Of a stretch of 64,000 nucleotides of DNA, positions 42,488 to 52,598 are shown piece after piece; position 1 is the first letter of the stretch; each line of letters opens with the position of its first letter. The DNA is taken from positions 27,150-91,149 of the forward strand of contig JBJKPR010000011.1 of the NCBI GenBank assembly GCA_046706185.1, read 5' to 3'. This stretch comes from Candidatus Sysuiplasmataceae archaeon (GTDB lineage Archaea > Thermoplasmatota > Thermoplasmata > Sysuiplasmatales > Sysuiplasmataceae). A program made the translations under genes and the position numbers. The notes beneath the pieces were generated by a model. The model did no database searches. It had not been told where the DNA came from and was given only the letters and a program-made list of their open reading frames with translations.

Positions 42488-45400
42488 TTCTCTTTCTTCT
42501 TGCCTGGAGTTCGTATGAGATAGTTGCTGCGGCCGAAGCAATCAGGACCGCGAATACAGCGAACTGTATCAGTGCGTATGCTATGCCGACCTGGCCGGCA
42601 TATGTGGTAACCGGCGAAGTAACCACGCCAGTTGACTGCCCACCTACTGGGGACAGCACAGGGTAGCTGCTGGTGTCAGACCCGCTGGGAAGATAGGGCA
42701 GGAGCCGCAGCCACCAGTTTGGAGGTGGCATTAATATCGGCATGAACGGGGTGGGTGTCACAACAACTGGCGGTGGAGGCGTCCATGAGTAATTGTATGT
42801 CAGCGCGACAACTGCGAGCAAACCATCCGTGGCGGGGCTGTATGTGACATTGAGCTGTGTGCCTGCACCGTTCAGGGCGAATGGCGTCGAGCGCATCACA
42901 GTGCCGTTGGAGGCGATGAAATTAACATAGACGCTCCCTGTGCTGCCATTGGGGTCTATGCTGTTGTGCGGGAAGGACACGGTGGGGCCGAAGTGGAGGT
43001 TTATTGGCGGCGCTGAACCAGAGTCCGCTCCGACTTTGAAGTAGTTGGGCGCGATACTCTCCGTGTAGTTGTGGCCCCTGTATGTGAAGTTGGGCTGAGG
43101 GCCGGCCATTCCCTGGTATGAGAGAAGCGGGGAACCGTTGATGATTGAAAGCGACGGGACAATTTCCCACGACCAGTAGTCCCTCAGAGCGGTTATGTTG
43201 GGGCCGATGCCGTCAGGAAGAGACGGGAACGGCTGCATGATGGATGTGTTGTAAATGTAGACACCGTTGTTGTTTGTGTCTATCATCTGGTTGAGTATAT
43301 TCGCTCCGCCGGGTATCTCATATGTTACAGTAGACTCAGTCGGGGTGCCGTTGATGATGGGTGCACCGGTGACATTCTGGGCGTGATAGAACGGGCCGTT
43401 GATGTCGACATGGGTCTGCCCCTTCAGCGGCGTGTAGAAGAAGTGGTTGTTTACGAGCGTGAAATTGGTCACTCCGACAGGGCTGCCAGGCCATGTCCCG
43501 AACATAACCATGGGAACTGTTTCGTTGTTCAGGTTGAGGAACCAGTTGTTCTCTATGTGGTTGATGGAGTAGACCTCTATATCAGCGGCATAGGGCCTGA
43601 CAAGCGCTGTTTCCCCAAGCGTGTATTTCGGGTCATTCCAGAATATGTTGTTCTTGACATTGTACACAACGCCCCACTGGTCCTGCTGCAGGAACGCAGG
43701 GAAGCCCTCAAGCGCCCATGAGCCGAGCAGTTTGGCGTGGAAGGTGTTGTAGCTCCAGTTTATGGTGGAGTTGGGGCTGAAGCCGGAGAACTGGTTCGTC
43801 TCGAAGTACTGCGCGGGGCCCGGATAACCGAAGGACACAGCGCTGTACAGGTTGGTCAGCGAGGCGTTGTAGTACAGGTAACCGAATGTGTTGTTAGTGA
43901 AGGAGTAGTTGCCGCTTATCGTGTCGATGTAGCTCGTCTGGCCTCCCTTGAAAAACTGCACTATGCCCGGCACAATTGCATTTAGATAGGGCAGGACATC
44001 GTGGCTGAGAGTGGAGTTGTGCCATATCCATTCCTGCACCATCGTTCCCCACTCAAGATAGGAGTAGTTGATCGCGAGGTTGTTGAACCCCCAGAAGTTG
44101 AGGCCGCCGACCTGCCAGTCGCTTATGTGGTCATTCTGCCACTTCAGCTGTGCGTTTGAGTGGTTGTCTGCAATGAAGTCGTTGAACATGAACATGTTGC
44201 GCATCACGCCGTTGAATGTGACGTTCGCCGGTGTGTTGGAATAGTCCATGTATGAGTATGATATGTTCGTGTTCTGTCCTATGGCGATGAATATGCCGCC
44301 AATTGAGTGGCTCCAGGAAGTGTAGTTCACATTGCTCGGTGGCGCGGCTGTGAAATTGTCATATATGTAGCGGACAAGGTCCGGCGAGTACCCCTGCGGG
44401 CTGTTTGTGAAAACAACGTTCGAATCGGAGCTTGGTATGATTTCGGTCATATTGAGCGTCGTGTTTGATATTGTGCCCGATATCACACCGAAGTTCGGCT
44501 CAACCTCCTGCATTACGCTCCGCTGTATGTTGAGCTCCCTGTAGGCGCCCGAAAAACCGAGCACTGTGAGCCTGAAGTATGAGTCGGTTATGTTCAGTGT
44601 GTATGTGTTGACTGTGTTTCCCATCGCGTACCATGTGCTGTCAATCATTGAAACATGGGACATCGTGCCGGAGGAGAAGGCTGGGGCGGTTGTTCCGGAG
44701 GTTGAGGACTCCATGTTGCTCATAAGCACGTTGTTCAGGTTGCCCGTGAAGGGGGTGCCCGGGTTGAAGTTCGACATTGTCGTCCTTGCATACTCCACAA
44801 CGGAGTTGCTGAATACGGCGTTGGATGGTGTGCCGAAGGCAGAATAGCCGTAAGCCGGAATTGCCGAGCCGAGGACGACACTGCTGTTGACGAAGTACTG
44901 CCTGTACGTGTATGAGGGGTTGCTGTTCTGCAGACCCATCTCGTTCATCATCACCACTACTGAGTTCTGGAAGAACAAGCTGCCCTGGCCGTTCACTCCC
45001 TGAGAAGTTCCGTTGAGGAATACCCACTCGTTGCTGAATGTGAGCGACACACCCTGGGCAACCGACGGGAGTGCGGAAAGGTAGACATGGCCGCCTGAAA
45101 ACACAGTGTTCTGCGTCACTGACCAAGTCGCGCTCCCCCCGTTCGGGTTTATGAACGCGGGAAGCTGCTGGCCCTGAAGGGTGCCGGTGTAGCTGTTCAT
45201 TCCAACAACGAGCGCGGTGGAAACACTCCCTGACGCGCTGTGCTGACCGGTGCTCGAATTCGTGGCGAACCATCTGTAGCCTGTGTATGGATTGCTGTAT
45301 CCGTCGGCGACCGCAATGTAGCTGAATTGCGAATTCAGATTTGCGAATACCGCATTGCCGTTGTTCCCCGTGACAGCCGTTGCAATCACAGGAGTGCCCG

Positions 45401-46127
45401 AGGCACTTGCGTTGAGAAGCTGGACAAGGAACTGGGAGGCGGGCGAAGACTGCCATGCCACCGGGACGCTCACTGTCAGCGTTCCTGTGTTCTGCCCGGA
45501 CGGGCCGTTGTTGACGCTTGCCGTCTGCAGGCCGGACGGAAGCATATACACGGTCACAGACTCTGCGCCTTGAACGAACATTTCGTTCGAAAAGCCGATT
45601 GTGTTTCCTGTAGTGTCATTCGCATGCAGCACGTACCATCCCGCTGTCGTGCTGAAGTTGGCCCAGCCGTACTGTGTTGTGGTTGCCGACTGCCACGCGC
45701 CTGTTGTTATGTTCTGTATTGACACGGGCACACCTGTTGCGGGCGTGCTCGAACCAGTCTGGCCAGCGTAAACCTTCACACTGAGCGCAGCGGCACTCTG
45801 CTGGAATGACCATGAGCCTGAACCCGAGGGTCCGAGGTTGCTGTTTGCCCCTGCGTTTGCATTGTTTGTCCTGACACCCAACTGGCTAATCGGGACTGTT
45901 GGCCCCTGTATGCCCTGGGCGCCTATGCCAGGCGGTACCATGGGCTGAGCGTAGCTGTAGTTGAATGTGTATGAGCCGAAGGGAGGCACCTGCGGTGGAG
46001 CCGGTGCGGCTGCCGTAGCCTGCTGGATACCCGCGTGTGACGGCGCAGCAAAAAAAACGAGCGCCAGGAGCGCGGAAACTAACCCGAGGCCTATCAGCTT
46101 TTTCAGCATTGTTCCATCACGCCTCAC
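42459..46127 (-). CDS. Surface protein (~1220 aa): single copy of the same ~1000-aa module, C-terminal TM anchor
   Basis: It has a signal-like N-terminus (MLKKLIGLGLVSALLALVFFAAPSHA). The start is GTG 46127 or ATG 46109. GAQGIQGP lies at 45900..45923. The order of landmarks matches the downstream giant gene. The C-terminal TM is IQFAVFAVLIASAAATI, followed by a basic tail. Confidence 0.85.
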   Translation of the reverse strand: MRRDGTMLKKLIGLGLVSALLALVFFAAPSHAGIQQATAAAPAPPQVPPFGSYTFNYSYAQPMVPPGIGAQGIQGPTVPISQLGVRTNNANAGANSNLGPSGSGSWSFQQSAAALSVKVYAGQTGSSTPATGVPVSIQNITTGAWQSATTTQYGWANFSTTAGWYVLHANDTTGNTIGFSNEMFVQGAESVTVYMLPSGLQTASVNNGPSGQNTGTLTVSVPVAWQSSPASQFLVQLLNASASGTPVIATAVTGNNGNAVFANLNSQFSYIAVADGYSNPYTGYRWFATNSSTGQHSASGSVSTALVVGMNSYTGTLQGQQLPAFINPNGGSATWSVTQNTVFSGGHVYLSALPSVAQGVSLTFSNEWVFLNGTSQGVNGQGSLFFQNSVVVMMNEMGLQNSNPSYTYRQYFVNSSVVLGSAIPAYGYSAFGTPSNAVFSNSVVEYARTTMSNFNPGTPFTGNLNNVLMSNMESSTSGTTAPAFSSGTMSHVSMIDSTWYAMGNTVNTYTLNITDSYFRLTVLGFSGAYRELNIQRSVMQEVEPNFGVISGTISNTTLNMTEIIPSSDSNVVFTNSPQGYSPDLVRYIYDNFTAAPPSNVNYTSWSHSIGGIFIAIGQNTNISYSYMDYSNTPANVTFNGVMRNMFMFNDFIADNHSNAQLKWQNDHISDWQVGGLNFWGFNNLAINYSYLEWGTMVQEWIWHNSTLSHDVLPYLNAIVPGIVQFFKGGQTSYIDTISGNYSFTNNTFGYLYYNASLTNLYSAVSFGYPGPAQYFETNQFSGFSPNSTINWSYNTFHAKLLGSWALEGFPAFLQQDQWGVVYNVKNNIFWNDPKYTLGETALVRPYAADIEVYSINHIENNWFLNLNNETVPMVMFGTWPGSPVGVTNFTLVNNHFFYTPLKGQTHVDINGPFYHAQNVTGAPIINGTPTESTVTYEIPGGANILNQMIDTNNNGVYIYNTSIMQPFPSLPDGIGPNITALRDYWSWEIVPSLSIINGSPLLSYQGMAGPQPNFTYRGHNYTESIAPNYFKVGADSGSAPPINLHFGPTVSFPHNSIDPNGSTGSVYVNFIASNGTVMRSTPFALNGAGTQLNVTYSPATDGLLAVVALTYNYSWTPPPPVVVTPTPFMPILMPPPNWWLRLLPYLPSGSDTSSYPVLSPVGGQSTGVVTSPVTTYAGQVGIAYALIQFAVFAVLIASAAATISYELQARRKRNDERNTKDE

Positions 46128-46495
46128 AGGTAGGGCTGATAGCCCGGGCGCCCGTTTATCTGTATCTTCACTGCAATCAAGTTTGAGTTTTCAGGTGCTG
46201 TCAATTCCGACCGTCCTTTGTCTTACGATGTGTTGCATGTTCTGGCTTTGCGGTGTGTGTCTGGTTTGTATTGGCAGGTCATGTCCTGTGCCTTCTGCTC
46301 TATGGCCTGCTTTTGGCGATTGACTTTGTTGCGCTACTTAAGGCTTGCCCGAACAGCTCTTCGAAAACCTCCGGAATTTCCGATTTCAAAAAAGTAATTC
46401 CTACTTCGTTCAATGGTTTGATACGAATCTCAGAGCAGGCGGCCATTTGTTTGTGGATAGTGCCTCAGATCGGCCTTTTCAGGGCCGCATACGCC

Positions 46496-47680
46496 TCAGT
46501 CCCTGCCCTTCACCATTCTTGCCTCTTCCGCAACACGGAGCAGCTCCCTTCTGTAGTCCTTCCACCCGTAGCTGTCCCGCCATGAAACAAGCCTCTCAAG
46601 TGTCCGGGAGTAGAACTCATCGTCGGTGAACAGTTTTTTCACTATTACGGAGAAGAGGCGCGGGTCGTTTTCCACGACAAACTCCGAACCAAGATGCTCA
46701 GCCACGTACTCCGAGGCACCAAGGTTGCTGCTCACGACGGGGATGCAGCCGTTCGAAACAGCCTGGATAACGCCGAAGCTCGGGCCAGTTTCGCTTATTG
46801 TGCTGTTGGACCAGCGCAGGTAGCACCTTGCGTCGGAGTAGTATCTCTGCAGCTCCTCCTCGGAGCTGTTGAAGTGCAACTCCACCCTGTCGGAAAGACC
46901 TCTGCGGCCCAGCTCGGCAATGAACCTTTCCCTGAGCTCCCGAGACCCGAAGCTGCCGCACATCATGAACCTGATACCCTCCGACTGGAGCGCAATATCG
47001 ATCAGGAAGAACGGGTTCCGCACGAATGTCCACCTTGTATCCACAAGCACATAGTCCCCCTTCGAGCTGCTGTATGGCAGAGGCCTGAACGCATCCGGAA
47101 CGACACTGCTCCTTATGCCCGTTTCAGCCTCCATTGTCCTCCTTGTTGCCTCGGTTATTGAGACGTTGGCACAGACCCTGCTCAGCAGGAGCCTGAGGTA
47201 CAGGCGGAGCAGCAGCCTGACAGGGAGCGGCAGACCCGAAAATGAGGGTGACTCATGGAAATACAGTACGCTCCTCGACCTGTACCTGCTGGACATGAAA
47301 ACAGCAGGTATGCCAGACCACATGTTCATGAATATGATCAGGTCAATCCCGTCACCGAGGGAGTTGAGCTTTCTTGTGAAAAAAAGCTCTCCAAGCAGAT
47401 TCACTGCATCATCCAGCGAGAATGCATCCCGCATGAAAAGCTTCATCACAGGGCTCTGGATGAGCTTCGAAATCCTCGAAGGCAGGCTGCGTTCAACGAG
47501 GTCAAACTTGAGCCCTGCGATGCTATCCCTTATCAGCTCGCTGCTGCCGTCATCGTGAAAGAAGACAAGATGCACATCGTCCCCCTCCTCTGCAAACGCC
47601 TTTGCTATCTCCAGCGTAAGCTTTGTCGCCCCCGTCCTTGCAGAGAGGGTTTCCTTTATTATGAAGACCCTGAGGGCCAT
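46496..47680 (-). CDS. GT4 family glycosyltransferase
   Basis: It has a GT-B layout and the C-terminal motif ISETGPSFGVIQAVSNGCIPVV. It starts at ATG with a TATA box at -27 to -32. Confidence 0.75.
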   Translation of the reverse strand: MALRVFIIKETLSARTGATKLTLEIAKAFAEEGDDVHLVFFHDDGSSELIRDSIAGLKFDLVERSLPSRISKLIQSPVMKLFMRDAFSLDDAVNLLGELFFTRKLNSLGDGIDLIIFMNMWSGIPAVFMSSRYRSRSVLYFHESPSFSGLPLPVRLLLRLYLRLLLSRVCANVSITEATRRTMEAETGIRSSVVPDAFRPLPYSSSKGDYVLVDTRWTFVRNPFFLIDIALQSEGIRFMMCGSFGSRELRERFIAELGRRGLSDRVELHFNSSEEELQRYYSDARCYLRWSNSTISETGPSFGVIQAVSNGCIPVVSSNLGASEYVAEHLGSEFVVENDPRLFSVIVKKLFTDDEFYSRTLERLVSWRDSYGWKDYRRELLRVAEEARMVKGRD

Positions 47681-47706
47681 TGCACCGAAAATGATCCATG
47701 TGGCCG

Positions 47707-47712
47707 TTTAAA
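47707..47712 (-). promoter_or_regulatory. TATA box for GT4 gene 46496..47680
   Basis: TTTAAA lies 27-32 nt upstream of ATG 47680 on the minus strand. Confidence 0.4.
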
Positions 47713-47798
47713 GAGATTCACTTAATAGTCAATGGTTTTCCTGCTGCCTCCTGCACCATCCGGGTGCATAGTTTGAATGCAGTGGTTCAACGGAGGAT

Positions 47799-49022
47799 TC
47801 AGATATGGGCCCTCCTGAGGTTGCTGGCAAAACTGCTTGCGACCTTCCTCCAGTCATAGTCGGATGCCGTTGCCTCGCCGTTTGCGCCAAACTCCTTCTG
47901 CCTGTCGCTCGACCCGAGGAGTGATTCCATGCATTCAGTGAGCCTGTAGACGTCCCCCACGGGGTAGAAGAGGCCGTTCCTCCCCTCTCTCACAAAGTCA
48001 GAAGTGCCAAACACCTCAGACTGCTCTGGCCGGGCAACGATCACCGGGAGACCGAGAGCCATTGCTTCAAGAGTTGATATTGAGAACCCCTCCCTCTCGG
48101 AGGCCAGGACGAAGACCCTGCAGGAAGAGAGTACCTCGCTCTTCTCCTCGTCTGAAAGGAAGCCGAGAAAATCTATGCGGTCCGCGACACCCTTCCTGTT
48201 CGCCCTGCTCATCAGTTCCTCCCTGAGGGGCCCGCTGCCTATTATTGCCGCCCTGCCTTCCCATCCGTAGCCGTACCTGAGCATGGAGAGCGCGTCGATG
48301 AAATCTGACTGCCTCTTGATATTGACCAGCCTGCCCATGTTGACAAAGTCGTAGGCGAAGTTCGAAAAGCCATTGTTGCGTTTCGCGTGGAAAATGCCAA
48401 GCTTCTCGTTGTCCACTGCGTTGGGGACTATCAGCAGCCGGTTGTCCGGCACACCGTAGTTGTCCGTCAGGCTCCTAGCGGTGGTCAGCGAAACGGCAGC
48501 AACCACGTCGGAGAAGGAGATGCCCTCCCTCAGCAGCCTTGAAACTGTAATATCCGTCAGCCACCCCATGTGCCTGCCGAAGTAGCTGTATTTGTGCCAT
48601 GCTTCAGAAACGTCGAGAACGCACGTCGAGCCCAGGGAGGACACCCACTTCCTCATGAAATGCAGGTGAAGATACGGTATTGCCTCCACGATAAGGTAGT
48701 CGGGCGTCCATTCACCCATCGGGTTGTGCGAGAGCGCAAGCGAGAAATTGGTGCTGTGCAGAATGCTCCGCTTGCCTGAATGGTCATTCTGGAAACGGTT
48801 TGAGAAGGAAGGTATGAACTGCGCCCCGTCAGGAGTTATGAGAGCATGGTTTGCACTGGTGAAAACACGGACATCGTGACCAAGATGCGCCAGCCTGTTG
48901 GCAAGCTCAAAGACCCTGATTTCATAGCCGCCGAAGTAAAATGGCGCGCTCTTGTCGGTTATGAAACCAAAACTCAGACTCTCCACTTGCCCTCCCCCTC
49001 TTCCACAGTCACTTAACCACAT
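47799..49022 (-). CDS. GT4 family glycosyltransferase
   Basis: FVLASEREGFSISTLEAMALGLPVIV is the E-x7-E motif. The start is ATG 49022 (alternative GTG 48989). Confidence 0.8.
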   Translation of the reverse strand: MWLSDCGRGGGQVESLSFGFITDKSAPFYFGGYEIRVFELANRLAHLGHDVRVFTSANHALITPDGAQFIPSFSNRFQNDHSGKRSILHSTNFSLALSHNPMGEWTPDYLIVEAIPYLHLHFMRKWVSSLGSTCVLDVSEAWHKYSYFGRHMGWLTDITVSRLLREGISFSDVVAAVSLTTARSLTDNYGVPDNRLLIVPNAVDNEKLGIFHAKRNNGFSNFAYDFVNMGRLVNIKRQSDFIDALSMLRYGYGWEGRAAIIGSGPLREELMSRANRKGVADRIDFLGFLSDEEKSEVLSSCRVFVLASEREGFSISTLEAMALGLPVIVARPEQSEVFGTSDFVREGRNGLFYPVGDVYRLTECMESLLGSSDRQKEFGANGEATASDYDWRKVASSFASNLRRAHI

Positions 49023-49042
49023 CCTGAGAGGGCTGGAAACCG

Positions 49043-49852
49043 CTAGCTGCCCAGGGAAGACAGGTATTCGATGCCGCGCATAAGGAAAAGCCCGGGAACG
49101 AGCGTTATTGAACGCACGTCTCCCGACGAGATGACGGCACTGACGACGGCCCTTCCCCTTCTCACCGGGGACCTGAGCGTTCGCCAGAACGCCACGTGTC
49201 TGCTTGCATACATGCCGGACGTTGTGGCATACAGGCGCCTTTTCTCCAGGTACTTCAGGAGGCCGACATCCTCTTCGTGGTGGTACACCGTTGTGTTGAC
49301 CCAGCCCACAGCGTAACCACTTTCAAGCAGCCTTGCCTGCAGGTCAAGGTCCTCATAACCGACCATCTCCCTGTCATAGCCGCCCACGTGTTCGAAGACA
49401 GACCTCCGTATGAACCGCGGGCTTTCGCTGAAGAGAGTTCCGAACATGCAGTCTTTCTCCAGCGCCCTCGCCCTTGCCCAGTAGTTGCGGCCTGTAACCA
49501 CCTTCTCCCTGAGGCACACTGCATCCAGCTTGCCCACACCACCCATGCACTGCTCTATGGTGTCAGGAGAGAGCCGCATGTCTGAATCCAGGAAGAGAAG
49601 GAACTCCCCACGAGAGACAGATGCCCCGTAGTTCCTGGCCTCAGACCTTCCTGAATCATGGTCGATGAAGGATGCATTCCACCTCCTGCACACTTCACGC
49701 GTGCCGTCATTGCTGTGCCTGTCCACGACAAGCACTTCGAAGCAGTCACATGTCTGTGTGGCAAGCGACGAAAGCAGCCTGTCAAGGCTGACAGCACTGT
49801 TCCACGCTGGCACAATCACAGATACGGCTGGCTTTTCCGCGTCCCCCGGCAT
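49043..49852 (-). CDS. GT2 family glycosyltransferase
   Basis: VSVIVPAWNSAVSLDRLLSSLATQT...VLVVDRHSNDGT...FLDSDMRL is present. Confidence 0.8.
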   Translation of the reverse strand: MPGDAEKPAVSVIVPAWNSAVSLDRLLSSLATQTCDCFEVLVVDRHSNDGTREVCRRWNASFIDHDSGRSEARNYGASVSRGEFLLFLDSDMRLSPDTIEQCMGGVGKLDAVCLREKVVTGRNYWARARALEKDCMFGTLFSESPRFIRRSVFEHVGGYDREMVGYEDLDLQARLLESGYAVGWVNTTVYHHEEDVGLLKYLEKRRLYATTSGMYASRHVAFWRTLRSPVRRGRAVVSAVISSGDVRSITLVPGLFLMRGIEYLSSLGS

Positions 49853-50146
49853 CTCGCACTTCCCTTTGCGGGCAGGTCATACCTGCGTTCTGACGGGAGA
49901 GGCGGAATGACGCCTGAGACATGGCTCACGGGTCAGAGGGCCGCCTCCCCCGATCACAGCAACGCTTCGGTTTCCCAGCCCTCTTCAGGTGTTCTCGAGG
50001 CTTGCCGCTTTATTTTGTGGTTCCCTACTGGCAGTAAGAACTATATGTACTCACGATCGCAGCAGAGGCGGGAGGGATTCGGAAAAATGATCCGTAGCGC
50101 GAAAAGTCCGGCAAATATGCGCGCATGGCATGTACCGCCGCGGGGC

Positions 50147-51301
50147 TCAGGCGCCGTAGGCATCCGTTACAGCGGCGGCGTTGGCAATGCCGAAACGCTC
50201 CTCTGCATAGCGCCTGCAATTGGACTTCATCCTTGCCATTTCGCCAGGGTCGTTCATGAGTTTGAGCATGGATGCCGACAGTTCGCGGGCATCGGGTTCA
50301 ACTACCCTGCCGACCGCACTGCTCAGAAGTTCTGGAATTGCGCCCCTGGCGCTGCCAATCACCGGCGTACCGCACGCCAGCGCCTCCATCGCCACCCTGC
50401 CATACCCCTCCTCATAGACAGAGGGGACGACAACGATATCCGCGGCACTGTAGTAGTCCCTCAGCTGCTCCTGCCTGACCGGGCCCGCGCACAGAACGTT
50501 GAGCCCCTGGTTCTGTGCGCTGAGTATATCGTTCAGCAATGGCCCCTCCCCGACAAAGACGACCCTCGGGCAATCGGCTGCAAGGAGCCTGCATGCATCC
50601 AGCAGGAGCGGGACGCCCTTCACCTGTGTGAACCTTCCGACAAAAACTGCAGTAAAGCCTTCCCCGAGCCCTGTCCTCTCCCTTGCCGCATCCCTTGCCA
50701 CAGGAGAGAAAAGGGAGAGGTCTATCCAGTATGTCATCCTGTGCAGCCTTTCGGGCCTGTCCAGCAGTCCATCCAGTTCAGCTCCCACCCTGTTGGAAAC
50801 AGCGATCACTGCGTCAAAGTGAGACAGCACCCTCCTGCCAAGCCTGTTGAACAGTGTGGCGGAAGATGCGCTGAGGAAGTCCTGGACGTAGTGGACTGTG
50901 ATGACTGACCTTGTGCCGAAGAGCCATGAAAGGAGCGCCGCGGCCAGCGCCGAATTGAGGTCATGGGCGTGAACTATACCGATCTCTTTCCTGTGAAAGG
51001 CCATTACGACCGCTGATGCTGCCAGGAGCATTGGTGTGAGCAGGATGAACCTTAGCCAAGTGGCGGACTGAAAACGATAGAACATGTTGTGCACCGGGGA
51101 AGGCAGCCTGTATACCGTGAGGGCGCCGGATCTCTCGATGTAGCTGCCTGTCCTGCTGCTTGTAAGCGGCTGGAAGGTGACAACGCGGGTTCTTCTCCCG
51201 GCTGACGAGAGGTAGCTGCACAGGTCGTTGAGATGGGTCTCGACCCCGCCGATGCCGGGGCTGAAGAAAAATGAAAGGATGAGAACGCCCTTCCCTCCCA
51301 T
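50147..51301 (-). CDS. GT4 family glycosyltransferase
   Basis: GIGGVETHLNDL is at the N-terminus, and VVPSVYEEGYGRVAMEALACGTPVI is the E-x7-E motif. Confidence 0.8.
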   Translation of the reverse strand: MGGKGVLILSFFFSPGIGGVETHLNDLCSYLSSAGRRTRVVTFQPLTSSRTGSYIERSGALTVYRLPSPVHNMFYRFQSATWLRFILLTPMLLAASAVVMAFHRKEIGIVHAHDLNSALAAALLSWLFGTRSVITVHYVQDFLSASSATLFNRLGRRVLSHFDAVIAVSNRVGAELDGLLDRPERLHRMTYWIDLSLFSPVARDAARERTGLGEGFTAVFVGRFTQVKGVPLLLDACRLLAADCPRVVFVGEGPLLNDILSAQNQGLNVLCAGPVRQEQLRDYYSAADIVVVPSVYEEGYGRVAMEALACGTPVIGSARGAIPELLSSAVGRVVEPDARELSASMLKLMNDPGEMARMKSNCRRYAEERFGIANAAAVTDAYGA

Positions 51302-51346
51302 GTTTCAGGCCTCACCTTTTCCAGTGAGCAGGAGAGCAAAAGGGAG

Positions 51347-52516
51347 TCAGCACTTCACCCTCCTGAAAGACCGACGTTCGGCATTCGCCCCCGCCTGAGC
51401 TATGTTCAGGTCGGAGGCGATCCCGTCGAATATCTCCTCCTCCCTCTCGGCCGCTCTTTCCCAGGACATCCGCCCCTCGACCCACTCCTTCCCCTTCCTC
51501 CCCAGCTCCTTCCTTAGCGTCTCGTCCCTCAGCAGGCGCACCACTTTTTCTGCATAGTCTGCCGTGTCGGCAAAACGTGCCTTGATTACCCCTTCGCTGA
51601 ATTGATCGAAGACAGGCAGCTCCCAGAGGACAGCGGGTATGCCGTTTGAAAGCGCCTCGAGAAGAGCGAGCGATATACCTTCATCGGAGGAGGGGAAGAG
51701 GAAGACCTTCGAATTGCCGAGGGCGGCTCTCTTCTTCTCCTCGCTCACGAAGCCTGCCACATCAAGGTTGCGGCCGATTCCGGAGGCTTCGAACCTGGAG
51801 CGAAGCATGTTTGCATTGTTGTCCACCGACTTTCCTATGAGCTTCAGCCTTGCATCCGGGATCTCGGCGGACACATGCTTCCAAATTTCAGGGAAATACA
51901 TTATTCCCTTCCTCGGCTGAAGGACGCCGAGGTACAGCCCGTCGGAAGCGTTCCCGTCCGCCTCTCCCCTCCACTCGACGGTCTTTTCAGCACCGTTGAA
52001 CGCAAGGTAGAGCGGTTTGTCCGGGAAAAATGACCTGAGAATCCTGTCCTCCTTCCCGTTGTCGAGGCAGATTGCAGCAGAAGAATAACGTATTGCCCTC
52101 TTGTAAAGAACAGAAAGCGGCGAGACTGCGCTTGAGCTGAACCTTCTGGCCGTGGCTGGTATTATGATGTGGTAGAAAATGATGAGCGGTTTCCGGCTCA
52201 GCCTTGCAACGAGGTAGGCATAGACAACACTCTGAGGAAACTCGTCGTAACACACAACCGCATCCATCTTTCTTGCCATGGATGCGAGCTTTGCAATGCT
52301 GCCCGGCAGGAACGGACCGGGCTTGTAGTGGGCACCCACCACTGACCTGAAGGATGGCAGTTTTCCTGCTATGGAGCTGTCAGCCTCCTGGAGGGACTGC
52401 GTGTCCACGCAGACTGTGACCTCATGCCTCCTGAACCTGGAGTACACTTCAAGCACCCTTCTTGCACCTGCACTTGGCTTCGAGAGAATAAGAGGCGGAC
52501 ATATCAGCAGTTTCAT
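51347..52516 (-). CDS. GT4 family glycosyltransferase
   Basis: FLFPSSDEGISLALLEALSNGIPAV is present, with a GT-B length. Confidence 0.75.
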   Translation of the reverse strand: MKLLICPPLILSKPSAGARRVLEVYSRFRRHEVTVCVDTQSLQEADSSIAGKLPSFRSVVGAHYKPGPFLPGSIAKLASMARKMDAVVCYDEFPQSVVYAYLVARLSRKPLIIFYHIIIPATARRFSSSAVSPLSVLYKRAIRYSSAAICLDNGKEDRILRSFFPDKPLYLAFNGAEKTVEWRGEADGNASDGLYLGVLQPRKGIMYFPEIWKHVSAEIPDARLKLIGKSVDNNANMLRSRFEASGIGRNLDVAGFVSEEKKRAALGNSKVFLFPSSDEGISLALLEALSNGIPAVLWELPVFDQFSEGVIKARFADTADYAEKVVRLLRDETLRKELGRKGKEWVEGRMSWERAAEREEEIFDGIASDLNIAQAGANAERRSFRRVKC

Positions 52517-52598
52517 ACGATCGCTTGTAAAAAGAGAGCGCAGAGGGGAAATAGACTTTTTCTAATTATGCAATGGTCGGAAGGGACTGCATGGCGTG

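Noticed and set aside
44641-45456. A 271-aa minus-strand ORF nested in another frame of the 1222-aa surface-protein gene. Similar nested ORFs occur at 41055..41486, 37404..37901, 39579..39959 and 45240..45722.
   Set aside because: They are Arg/Cys/His/Gln-rich products of alternative frames of a long gene with biased composition. The main frame has strong modular conservation across three copies.
49658-50908. A 416-aa plus-strand ORF.
   Set aside because: It runs antisense across the 5' end of one minus-strand GT gene, the intergenic gap and most of another. Its product is Arg/Pro/His/Cys-rich with no recognisable motif. The minus-strand genes have clear GT2/GT4 signatures.
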